Origin: Patescibacteria group bacterium
GTDB lineage: Bacteria > Patescibacteriota > WWE3 > UBA101185 > UBA10185
Length of the DNA stretch: 64,000 nucleotides
Direction of reading: 5' to 3'
Assembly: GCA_018825365.1 (NCBI GenBank)
Contig: JAHJEV010000003.1
Coordinates: forward strand, 174,619-238,618
Shown here piece by piece: positions 9,101 to 17,744 of the stretch (position 1 is its first letter; each line of letters starts with the position of its first letter). A program made the translations under genes and the position numbers. The notes below the pieces were generated by a model. That model was not told the DNA's origin. It saw nothing but the letters and a program-made list of their open reading frames with translations, and made no database searches.

Positions 9101-9580
9101 ATGAGCAGTAACAATGACTCAGTATTCAAAAAATTATTTCCTAGAGTTCTTGTATTTATACTTGATTATTTAAGTTACATATCTCTTACCTATATAGTTA
9201 TTTTCTGTTTTGTAACTCTACTTGTTTTAGTTGCAGGTTCGCCTTTCGAAGCCTTCTTCATAAAAGTGTTACTTGTAACTCTACAAAGTAAAGAAACAAG
9301 TGTAACTCTCAATACCGGAGATATTATGAATGCATTTTTTATCTGGTGGTTAATATTAGGTACTTTCTTCAAAATCGTTAAAGAACTACTTGGCGTAAAT
9401 TTTAATAAAATAGTATTACCTCTTGTACTATTTATAACATTGGTAAGCACATTACTTCTGACCACTAATATTGGATCGTCTTTTGTACCAATTTTCTTGT
9501 TTGGTTTGTTTATAGTTAACTTTATTATTTACTATTCGTTATCAAGAATATCTGAGATAACTCGAAATTTTATAAGATAG
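9101..9580 (+). CDS. Hypothetical membrane protein
   Basis: About four hydrophobic segments; very AT-rich; TAAAAT 6 nt before ATG. Confidence 0.7.
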   Translation: MSSNNDSVFKKLFPRVLVFILDYLSYISLTYIVIFCFVTLLVLVAGSPFEAFFIKVLLVTLQSKETSVTLNTGDIMNAFFIWWLILGTFFKIVKELLGVNFNKIVLPLVLFITLVSTLLLTTNIGSSFVPIFLFGLFIVNFIIYYSLSRISEITRNFIR

Positions 9581-9698
9581 CATTTCTTAATAAATTTGAT
9601 GTAGGGTAGATTTTAATAATTAGAGTAGAACTCTATGAATTGTAAACTAACCAAATTTTAATTTCCTACGTACACTTTCTATTTGCTATCATTTACCA

Positions 9699-11207
9699 AT
9701 GAGAAAATTTCTCAGCAAACTTCTCCTTTTTCTATTGCTACTTTCCTGCTTTTCAATACTTTTTGTTCGAAAAATAAACTTAGCTACAGCTGACATTGGT
9801 AGACATATAAAAAACGGCGAAGTACTTCTAACTACAGGGAAAATTGTTTCTACAAACTTTTACTCATACACACAACCGGATTTAAAAGTGGTTAACCATC
9901 ACTGGTTAAGTGGTGTAATATTTTTTCTTGTCTATAAAGCATTCGGATTTTCAGGATTATCGTTTTTCTATGCAATCCTATCTGGTCTTGCGGTTTATCT
10001 TCTTTACTTAATTTCTAAAAAACAAGTTGGGGGCGACATTGCTTTTTTTGTCGTGATGCTTCTTCTTCCACTAATGTCGTATCGGGTTGAGGTTCGCCCC
10101 GAAGTCTTTAGTGTTCTTTTTATCTGTATTTACCTTTATCTACTGTTTGGCTACATTCGAAATGAAATTAATTTTAAATATTTGTTACTGTTTATTGCTT
10201 CAACCCAACTTTTTTGGGTTAATCTTCACATATTTTTCATAGTCGGCCCCTTTTTAATAGCTCTTTTCATTTTTGCTTTGTTTATTACCCACAATGTCAA
10301 ACGTGCAAAAAAACTTTTACCTGTGTTATTTCTATCGATTGCAGTTTGTTTTATTAACCCTTTTGGAATAAACGGGGTTTTAGAACCGCTGACAATACTT
10401 AGGACATACGGTTATAGAATCTACGAGAATCAACCACTTTTATTTGTACAGGGCTATAACCCTTCAATGATTTATTACTACGCTGATATCATATTTACTC
10501 TTGGGGTCGTGTATCTGGGGTTATTTATAGGATCTGCAAGAAAAAAACTTTGTACTGAGGATGTTATTGTTTTGACGCTTTTTGTCATTTTTGGTCTTGC
10601 CGCATTTGGGATGGTTCGTATGCTTTCTTTGTTCGGTTTTATTGCCTGTTTATTTTTTGCCTCTGTTTTGGAAAAAATTCCTAACACACTTATGAATGTA
10701 AGTTCTGCGATAAACTACTTATTGCTAGCCTCACTAGTCTCTATAGCTATTATTACCAGAAGTTTGGGATGGGGTCTTTACCCCGGGGTGCAAAATGGTG
10801 CCAGATTTTTTGTTGAGAACAACTTGAAAGGTCCAATTTTTAATAATTACGATATTGGAGGATATTTGATATTTAATTTGTTTCCAAAAGAAAAAGTATT
10901 TGTTGATAACAGGCCCGAGGCTTACTCTGTTTCGTTTCTTAAGGATACTTTAATAAAAATGCAGCAAGATGAAGAGGCCTGGAAGGAACTCTCGCCGAAG
11001 TTTAATTTTAACGTGATTTTTTTCTATCTTAATGACATGACTGATTGGGCGCAGCCCTTTTTACTAAGGCGGCTAGACGATCCGCAGTGGGTCCCGGTAT
11101 ATGGTGACAGTTTTACTCTGGTTTTTGTTAAAAATACACCAGAGAACCAAAGCATTATTCAAAGTTATAAAATTCCAAGAGAATCTTTCCGCCTAACAAA
11201 GCGTTAA
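9699..11207 (+). CDS. Polytopic membrane protein, putative GT-C fold glycosyltransferase
   Basis: DIGRHIKNG, HHWLS, RPE, WVNLH, INPFG, YDIGGYL, FVDNRPE; many TM helices plus C-terminal soluble domain. Confidence 0.7.
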   Translation: MRKFLSKLLLFLLLLSCFSILFVRKINLATADIGRHIKNGEVLLTTGKIVSTNFYSYTQPDLKVVNHHWLSGVIFFLVYKAFGFSGLSFFYAILSGLAVYLLYLISKKQVGGDIAFFVVMLLLPLMSYRVEVRPEVFSVLFICIYLYLLFGYIRNEINFKYLLLFIASTQLFWVNLHIFFIVGPFLIALFIFALFITHNVKRAKKLLPVLFLSIAVCFINPFGINGVLEPLTILRTYGYRIYENQPLLFVQGYNPSMIYYYADIIFTLGVVYLGLFIGSARKKLCTEDVIVLTLFVIFGLAAFGMVRMLSLFGFIACLFFASVLEKIPNTLMNVSSAINYLLLASLVSIAIITRSLGWGLYPGVQNGARFFVENNLKGPIFNNYDIGGYLIFNLFPKEKVFVDNRPEAYSVSFLKDTLIKMQQDEEAWKELSPKFNFNVIFFYLNDMTDWAQPFLLRRLDDPQWVPVYGDSFTLVFVKNTPENQSIIQSYKIPRESFRLTKR

Positions 11208-11278
11208 ATGGTAAAACCTGGCGTCAGCAATCTAATGATGGCCTCAAAAATAATACTCTTATGTATAATGCATTTGTT

Positions 11279-12697
11279 ATGAAACTTTTTTTAAAAAGAA
11301 AAAAAGATACAATCTCGTCTCTTACAAAAACAAGGCCACGTAAATTATCAAAACCTTTAAAACTAGCCGGAAAAATTCTAATTCTCGTTTTTATAGCACT
11401 TTCTATTTTGGCAGCGGGCATATACATTGGGCAAAAGAATCAAAAATATTCTTTGCATGCTCTTCTTCCAAAAATCAGTTTTAAAGCCACACCGCAAAAA
11501 GATACGGATGCGCAGTTTTTCTCCGAAATTTACAATTTAATAAAAAATGACTACTGGGACAAGGACATGGACGACACGGCTCTCTCAAACCTTTACCTGC
11601 TTGCTATACAAAAACTCACATCCAAAGCCCAGGTTATTACATCTCAAGACGAACAAGGTATAGAAAAACTCATTAAAGAAGCAACAAAAACTATGGATCC
11701 GAAGCACAAAATCGCTTTTATAGCACAAGTATCTGACGTGGTTTTGCAAAATCTTCAGCCGTTTGGAAGAAGCAGATTGTATGGAGAAAAAATGATTACA
11801 GATATACAAAATGAGGTTAAAAATGCCAACCCGGGAAAAAATTTATACGATAATCTGAAAGTAAGTAATTCATCTCCCCAACAAGAAATAGCTATAGCGT
11901 ATAAAAGTAGGATGAACGAGCTTCAATCTCAAAAGCAAACCCCCGAAGTTTCGCAGAAAATGCAAGAAGTTCAAAGAGCGTATGACACTATTGGTGACAT
12001 CGAAGCCAGAAAAACATATGATGTATCCGGAGTTGAAAGCACAATTAGTTATAAACTTATAAGCCCAAGAATTTTTTACATGCATTTTACAAGATTTTCA
12101 CCCACAAGCCTGGAGGATATTAACAGATCAGCTGAAAAGGTAAACCAAGGGGACGAGCTGGATACTTTAATATTTGACTTGCGGGATAATATTGGCGGAT
12201 TGGTAGACGGCCTACCATATTTTTTAGGACCTTTTATCGGGCCTGACCAATATGCATATCAACTGTTTTCCAGAGGAGAAACTACAGATTTTAAAACCAA
12301 ATTAGGATGGCTTCCCTCACTTGTTAGATACAAAAAAGTCATTGTCCTGATAAACGGAGGGGGTCAATCCTCTACAGAAGTATTTGCGGCAACTCTCAAA
12401 AAGTACAACGTGGGAATTTTGGTTGGAACAAAGACTAAAGGATGGGGAACAATTGAAAAAATTGAAACTTTAAAAACCCAGCCAAACCCACAAGAAAAAT
12501 ATTCGGTTTTACTTGTACAGCAGCTAACTCTAAGGGAAGACGGACAGCCAATAGAAGGGCTTGGGGTAGAACCTAATATCAATATTGCAAACGAGGGGTG
12601 GGAAAACGAACTTTTTAGGCGGTTTAATAGCCAGGAGATAGTAAACACTGTAAAAGAGCTCCTGAAACCAGATATAGCGGCTTTGCCGAAAAAGTAA
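11279..12697 (+). CDS. S41 (Ctp-like) peptidase family protein with an internal J-domain-like insert
   Basis: N-terminal TM; LIFDLRDNIGG, VLINGGGQSSTE, VGTKTKGWG, IEGLGVEPNI correspond to S41 motifs. Confidence 0.8.
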   Translation: MKLFLKRKKDTISSLTKTRPRKLSKPLKLAGKILILVFIALSILAAGIYIGQKNQKYSLHALLPKISFKATPQKDTDAQFFSEIYNLIKNDYWDKDMDDTALSNLYLLAIQKLTSKAQVITSQDEQGIEKLIKEATKTMDPKHKIAFIAQVSDVVLQNLQPFGRSRLYGEKMITDIQNEVKNANPGKNLYDNLKVSNSSPQQEIAIAYKSRMNELQSQKQTPEVSQKMQEVQRAYDTIGDIEARKTYDVSGVESTISYKLISPRIFYMHFTRFSPTSLEDINRSAEKVNQGDELDTLIFDLRDNIGGLVDGLPYFLGPFIGPDQYAYQLFSRGETTDFKTKLGWLPSLVRYKKVIVLINGGGQSSTEVFAATLKKYNVGILVGTKTKGWGTIEKIETLKTQPNPQEKYSVLLVQQLTLREDGQPIEGLGVEPNINIANEGWENELFRRFNSQEIVNTVKELLKPDIAALPKK

Positions 12698-12803
12698 GGG
12701 TAGTGTCGCGTAATTTATAAATCACCATACATAGCTACTTCGTTCTTCAAAATACTAATTTTGATAGAATATTCATATTGCCAATTTTAAACTTTGTTTT
12801 AAA

Positions 12804-13061
12804 ATGGTTCTGATGAGTAAAATTCTTCCTAATAGCTGGTATATTACAAAAAAAGAGTTCAACACTGAAATAAAAGATATAAAGGGTACCCTTAGCACTC
12901 TTAAGGTTTCAACAATGAATATAGAAGCGAAAATTAACATATATTCAGATATGTACGAAATGAACAAGTGGAATTTAAATAAGCTAGCAAACAGGGTTAA
13001 TAAACTGGAAAAACAAAGTGGGGTAATACCTCCTCAGGAGCTTCTTATATCAGGTCTTTAA
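12804..13061 (+). CDS. Hypothetical coiled-coil protein
   Basis: 85-aa ORF, ITKKEF...LANRVNKLEK heptad-like pattern. Confidence 0.55.
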   Translation: MVLMSKILPNSWYITKKEFNTEIKDIKGTLSTLKVSTMNIEAKINIYSDMYEMNKWNLNKLANRVNKLEKQSGVIPPQELLISGL

Positions 13062-13189
13062 GCAAACTTTATATAAATCCCTAATCCAAATTGCTTTAAC
13101 CTAAATCTTTCTTGTGGTAACTTAAAAATATTCCTGCCCCACGAATTTATATTTATTAAATCAAAGGGGGTGTAACCAACTAACCAAAC

Positions 13190-13642
13190 ATGGTAGATAC
13201 TAAGAAAAATCCGAAAGATGGATTGGGACTGGTAGTGGGCGGACTTTTTATCCTTGCCTTGGTTTTTGCAACCTACAACTATTTCAATAAGAAACAACCC
13301 GGCACAGAAAATCAGAAGGGACAGGAGACGTTATTCCAGAAGCAAACAGGGAGTATTAATGGAGAGGGAGCTACAGATAAAAAGCAAGTACAAGCCTTGG
13401 GAACTGGCGGCCCAATAACAACCGGCCAGAAGTGGGTAGCAACCGACTATCAAAAAGGGGATATAAAAGGACCAACCCATACCGTAAAATCCGGAGACAC
13501 ACTTTGGGAAATAGCAGAAGCTGTATATGGAACCGGGACTATGTGGACAAAAATACTTGAGGCTAATAAATCCTCAATTGGATTTTTACCAAACGGATCA
13601 CAAGCTTTAATTGTCCCAGGACAAGTTCTAATACTGCCTTAG
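13190..13642 (+). CDS. Membrane-anchored LysM domain protein
   Basis: N-terminal TM; HTVKSGDTLWEIAEAVYG...WTKILEAN...IVPGQVLILP. Confidence 0.9.
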   Translation: MVDTKKNPKDGLGLVVGGLFILALVFATYNYFNKKQPGTENQKGQETLFQKQTGSINGEGATDKKQVQALGTGGPITTGQKWVATDYQKGDIKGPTHTVKSGDTLWEIAEAVYGTGTMWTKILEANKSSIGFLPNGSQALIVPGQVLILP

Positions 13643-13734
13643 AAGGTTTTTTACATTTTAGATGAGTTGAAGCTGTTTTGAATAACAGTATGTTTTGGGT
13701 GTGCTTTTTCTTTTAAGGTATAATTTACTAAATT

Positions 13735-13809
13735 GCGGGCGTGGCTTAGTGGTAAAGCGTCTCCTTCCCAAGGAGAAGATCGCGGGTTCAAATCCCGTCG
13801 CCCGCTCCA
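13735..13809 (+). tRNA. tRNA-Gly (CCC)
   Basis: GCGGGCG/CGCCCGC acceptor, TCTCC-TT CCC AA-GGAGA anticodon arm, TTCAAAT T loop, discriminator T, CCA. Confidence 0.95.
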
Positions 13810-13848
13810 GAAGTTCAAAGTTCCGATAGACCCGAGTGCCCTTTCCTT
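13804..13848 (+). repeat. tRNA-Gly array repeat, copy 1 (overlaps tRNA 3' end)
   Basis: GCTCCAGAAGTTCAAAGTTCCGA-N11-GCCCTTTCCTT. Confidence 0.9.
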
Positions 13849-13893
13849 AAATATCATAATAATTTCGTTCTTATTTCGTATCCTAGATAATTG

Positions 13894-13936
13894 TTTCCAG
13901 ACCCGTCGGACCCTAGGTGAAGTTCAAAGTTCCGAC
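13894..13936 (+). repeat. tRNA-Gly array repeat, copy 2
   Basis: TTTCCAGAC-CCGTCGGACCCTAGGT-GAAGTTCAAAGTTCCGAC. Confidence 0.85.
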
Positions 13937-14010
13937 CACTTCAAGAAATTGCCGATGCTTGATACAAATCAAATATATGTTTTACCAACAACAATGTTAA
14001 AATAATAGCA

Positions 14011-16659
14011 ATGCCCCAAGGACTTACATTTACCGAAGCCCGGCAGAGGCTAATTGAATACGGGTTTAATGAAATAGTAGAAGTATCAAAATCTACCCCA
14101 TTTAAAATCTTATTGCGACAAATAAAAAGCAATTTTGTTATTTATATGCTCTCAATAGCAGTAGTTATTTCTTTTTCTGTGGGAAAACCAATAACAGCTT
14201 ACACAATCCTCATTGTTATATTTATTGTCATTTTTGTAGGATTTTTTCAAGAATACAAAGCAGAAGAATCTATTAACAGTTTAAAGAAAATGCTGATGCC
14301 TATTTCTATAGCGTATAGAGATGGAAAGAAAAAGGAAATACCCTCCAGAGATATTGTGCCAGAAGATATTATTCTTTTGGGAAATGGAGAAAAAATTCCT
14401 GCTGATTGTGAGCTATTAGAGTCCTTTGACCTGAGAGTAAACGAGAGTGCTTTGACAGGTGAGTCTAAAGAAATTGCAAAAATAGCAAAGAGTAACAACG
14501 AACAACAAATTACGGATCAAAACAGAATCTTCATGGGTACATATATAGTTAATGGAAGATGCCTTGCAAAAGTAACTCATACAGGCATGAATACTAACTT
14601 TGGTAAGATCGCGCACTTAATATCTACTGCCGAAAAAGAATTACCATTACAAAACAAGGTTAACACTATCGCGAAGTATATGGTAACTATTGCCATAGTT
14701 GCATCAATATCTACTGGGGCTCTGCTTGCCTTTAGGGCCCCTGTCATTAATACCGCTGTTTTAGTAGACATTTTAATATTAATGATTGCACTATCTGTTT
14801 CTGCATTTCCCGAAGGATTTCCAATAGTTTTAGCAACCACCTTAGCTTTAGGTGCAAAACGTATGTCTGAAAAGAAAGCTATAGTCAATAGAATGTCCAT
14901 TATCGAAACGCTGGGTGAAGTAACAGCAATATGTTCAGATAAAACAGGCACAATAACCAGAGGGGAAATGACAGTAAAATTTATATTTACTGGTAATGAA
15001 CTTTACGAGGTACAGGGAAGCGGTTATGTAGCTCATGGAAAAATAACTAAAGAGGGTATCGAGGTTGATATAAACAAGCAACAGGATATAAAACAAATGC
15101 TATTAGCCTCTATATTATGTAATAACTCCGAAATAGAACGAACTGGAGAAAATAATGATTATAGAGCAATTGGCTCTCCGACAGAAACGGCACTATTAAT
15201 ACTAGGTGCCAAGGTCGGTATTTTTAAGGATAACTTTTTATATGACCGCGTAAATGAATACCCCTTTAATTCCGAGCGTAAAATGATGTCCGTTCTATTC
15301 GTGCAAGATGGGAGGTATTACGTTTATGCCAAAGGTGCTCCTGAGGTACTTCTTGAGAAATGTTCCAAAGCCTATAATAACGGCAATGAGAAAGTCCTTA
15401 CAAACAAAGAAAAGGAGCGTATATATTCTTTACAGCAAGAAATGTCCAGTACGGCTTACAGAACACTGGTAACATGCTATAAGGAAATTGATGCCGGGAA
15501 TAAGAGTTACGAAGAAGAAAACTTCACCTTTCTGGGTTTGATAGCTATGGAAGATCCCCCAAGAGAAGAAGTCGCAGAGGCAATAAAAACAGCAAAAAGT
15601 GCGGGTATAAAGGTTTACATGGTTACAGGAGACAGCAAAGAAACAGCACTTTCCATAGCTAAACAAATTGGTCTTAGTGTTGACACTAAAACGTTAGACG
15701 GTAATACAATGGATCAGCTTTCAGACGCAGAATTAGCAATAGAAGTTAAAGAAACCACAGTTTTTGCAAGAGTAAAACCAGAACATAAAATTCGTTTAGT
15801 GAAGATTTTCAAAGCTTTAGGGGAAATTGTTGCCATGACAGGGGATGGTGTTAATGATGCTCCCGCACTAAAAGAAGCCCATGTAGGCATTGCTATGGGC
15901 AAAAACGGAACTGATGTTTCCCGTTCTGTTGCGGACCTTATATTAAGGGACGATAATTTTGCAACTATTGTTTCTGCAATAGCAGAAGGCAGAACTGTTT
16001 ATAACAATATTAGGAAGTTTGTAACTTACCAACTTAGCTGTAACTTAGCAGAACTAATTACTTTATTTTTGGGGGTTTTGTTAGCACCCACGCTTGGATG
16101 GCAGACACCACTTCTTGTATCTATACAAATACTGTTTATGAATTTAGTAACCGATAACTTACCTGCTCTAACACTAGGGGTCAATCCAACTTCAAAAGAT
16201 ATTATGGAGGATAAGCCCAGAAATAATGGGGATATATTAAATAGCGAGTTATTAAAACTACTGTTGGGTACAGCATTTTTTATGGCTTTTACAACACTTC
16301 TTGCATATTTCATCTCCTTTAACGTTTTGGGATTAACTCTTGAAGTCAGTAGAACCGTGGCTTTACTAACATTAATATTAGTTGAAATAGCATCGGCCTT
16401 CAGCTTTAGATCTTTTAGGAAAATGACACTTACGCGATCACCCTTTGTTAATAAATATTTAGTAACTGCTTCTATTTTGTCGATTTGCTTTACTTTAGTA
16501 ATTATTTATACGCCGTTTAATAAAATCTTGGAAACAACTCCACTAAACATCACGGGCTGGATCATTGCATTAGTATGTAGCAGTTTAATTCTAATTCTTA
16601 ATGACGTAATAAAGACAATGAACTTGAGAAATCCTAACTATATATCCAGTACTAAATAA
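14011..16659 (+). CDS. P-type cation-transporting ATPase (type II, Ca2+-like)
   Basis: TGES, PEG, DKTGT phosphorylation site, KGAPE, TGDGVNDAPAL. Confidence 0.95.
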   Translation: MPQGLTFTEARQRLIEYGFNEIVEVSKSTPFKILLRQIKSNFVIYMLSIAVVISFSVGKPITAYTILIVIFIVIFVGFFQEYKAEESINSLKKMLMPISIAYRDGKKKEIPSRDIVPEDIILLGNGEKIPADCELLESFDLRVNESALTGESKEIAKIAKSNNEQQITDQNRIFMGTYIVNGRCLAKVTHTGMNTNFGKIAHLISTAEKELPLQNKVNTIAKYMVTIAIVASISTGALLAFRAPVINTAVLVDILILMIALSVSAFPEGFPIVLATTLALGAKRMSEKKAIVNRMSIIETLGEVTAICSDKTGTITRGEMTVKFIFTGNELYEVQGSGYVAHGKITKEGIEVDINKQQDIKQMLLASILCNNSEIERTGENNDYRAIGSPTETALLILGAKVGIFKDNFLYDRVNEYPFNSERKMMSVLFVQDGRYYVYAKGAPEVLLEKCSKAYNNGNEKVLTNKEKERIYSLQQEMSSTAYRTLVTCYKEIDAGNKSYEEENFTFLGLIAMEDPPREEVAEAIKTAKSAGIKVYMVTGDSKETALSIAKQIGLSVDTKTLDGNTMDQLSDAELAIEVKETTVFARVKPEHKIRLVKIFKALGEIVAMTGDGVNDAPALKEAHVGIAMGKNGTDVSRSVADLILRDDNFATIVSAIAEGRTVYNNIRKFVTYQLSCNLAELITLFLGVLLAPTLGWQTPLLVSIQILFMNLVTDNLPALTLGVNPTSKDIMEDKPRNNGDILNSELLKLLLGTAFFMAFTTLLAYFISFNVLGLTLEVSRTVALLTLILVEIASAFSFRSFRKMTLTRSPFVNKYLVTASILSICFTLVIIYTPFNKILETTPLNITGWIIALVCSSLILILNDVIKTMNLRNPNYISSTK

Positions 16660-16789
16660 AGTCTTTTAGGTCCATAAAGCAAACCAGGTTTCGCATTATA
16701 TACGTACATAAGATGCTACGAGACAACTACCCTTAGCACTGCCTCATTTGTCTCATTTCTAGCCTGGAGAGTATAACCTGCTTGTGGGG

Positions 16790-16825
16790 TTTCCAGACAC
16801 GGCCAGTGCTCCAGAAGTTCAAAGT
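16790..16825 (+). repeat. tRNA-Gly array repeat, copy 3
   Basis: TTTCCAGAC-ACGGCCA-GTGCTCCAGAAGTTCAAAGT. Confidence 0.88.
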
Positions 16826-16852
16826 CTCGGTTACTTACGCTATACTTATAGA

Positions 16853-17584
16853 ATGATAGGCGACGTTGCCAATAAACTAGATCTTCCAGATATATCAGAG
16901 ACGGATGAAAAATTAACTCCTCCGGAAGTTGTGGATGTTGCCAGGCAAACTGAAAATTTGTTCTTACAGTCTGGGTTACCAAATGAACCTCGCACACGTG
17001 GACAATGCTGTGGTGTCGGGGCTGAAATAGAAAACCATCTCTTTCATTTTCATAATAAAGACATCAGAAGAGACATCGGTGATGGCGGGGAATCATTTGT
17101 AGTGATGCTTTGGCAAATACATGCGGCCTCTAGAAACATAGATCAAGATGCACTACAACAGAACTTGCTAAATACAGGTATGAGACCCGAGACACAGCTA
17201 GGTGTTTTTCACCACACACTTTGTGTATACAAGAAAGATGGGCGGGCATACGTTTTAGATAGAGCTTTCTGTCAATTTGTTAATCCAAAAGATCTTTCAT
17301 TGGATGATGGTCTAGCGGAAGGGGGACCTAACGATTATGCATCTGGTTCTTCGGCCAACACAACTCCTATAAATCAGTTGCTGGAACTAGGTTATTTTGA
17401 ACTTACAGAAAAAACCGCTAGAGACTTTTTAGTTGCAACTTGTGATAAAAACCTCCAACACCAAATACCTGAGAAGATAGATGTAACCGACTTATTAGCA
17501 AGAGTGGTACCAGAGATGCCTGATCTCACTAAGGAAGAACTTGATGATATCTGCTTCTTAGGTAAAAGGTTAACGGGTCAGTAA
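16853..17584 (+). CDS. Hypothetical protein with putative papain-like Cys-His-Asp triad
   Basis: Start moved to ATG 16853 because the ORF-track start runs through the repeat and TATACT lies 6 nt upstream; GQCCG, FHHTLC, VLDRAFCQF. Confidence 0.7.
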   Translation: MIGDVANKLDLPDISETDEKLTPPEVVDVARQTENLFLQSGLPNEPRTRGQCCGVGAEIENHLFHFHNKDIRRDIGDGGESFVVMLWQIHAASRNIDQDALQQNLLNTGMRPETQLGVFHHTLCVYKKDGRAYVLDRAFCQFVNPKDLSLDDGLAEGGPNDYASGSSANTTPINQLLELGYFELTEKTARDFLVATCDKNLQHQIPEKIDVTDLLARVVPEMPDLTKEELDDICFLGKRLTGQ

Positions 17585-17585
17585 A

Positions 17586-17647
17586 TTTCCAGACTTGGGA
17601 GGTGCTCCAGAAGTTCAAAGTTCCGACGGACTTATCGCCCTTTCCTT
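17586..17647 (+). repeat. tRNA-Gly array repeat, copy 4
   Basis: TTTCCAGAC-TTGGGAG-GTGCTCCAGAAGTTCAAAGTTCCGA-N10-GCCCTTTCCTT; 23 bp identical to 13804-13826. Confidence 0.92.
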
Positions 17648-17744
17648 GAATACTATAACTTTTCCATGTTTTCCTCACACAACACGGATCTTGGTTTCAA
17701 ACATAATTTAGATGATATACTTCCCCTTGAAATTATTTTTATCT

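Noticed and set aside
13651-14005. ORFs 13651-13857 (-) and 13733-14005 (+)
   Set aside because: They overlap tRNA-Gly and the repeats; no protein-like features.
7778-17647. Classical integron attC sites
   Set aside because: Repeats lack the RYYYAAC...GTTRRRY ends and long imperfect palindrome; no intI seen; genes occur in both orientations.
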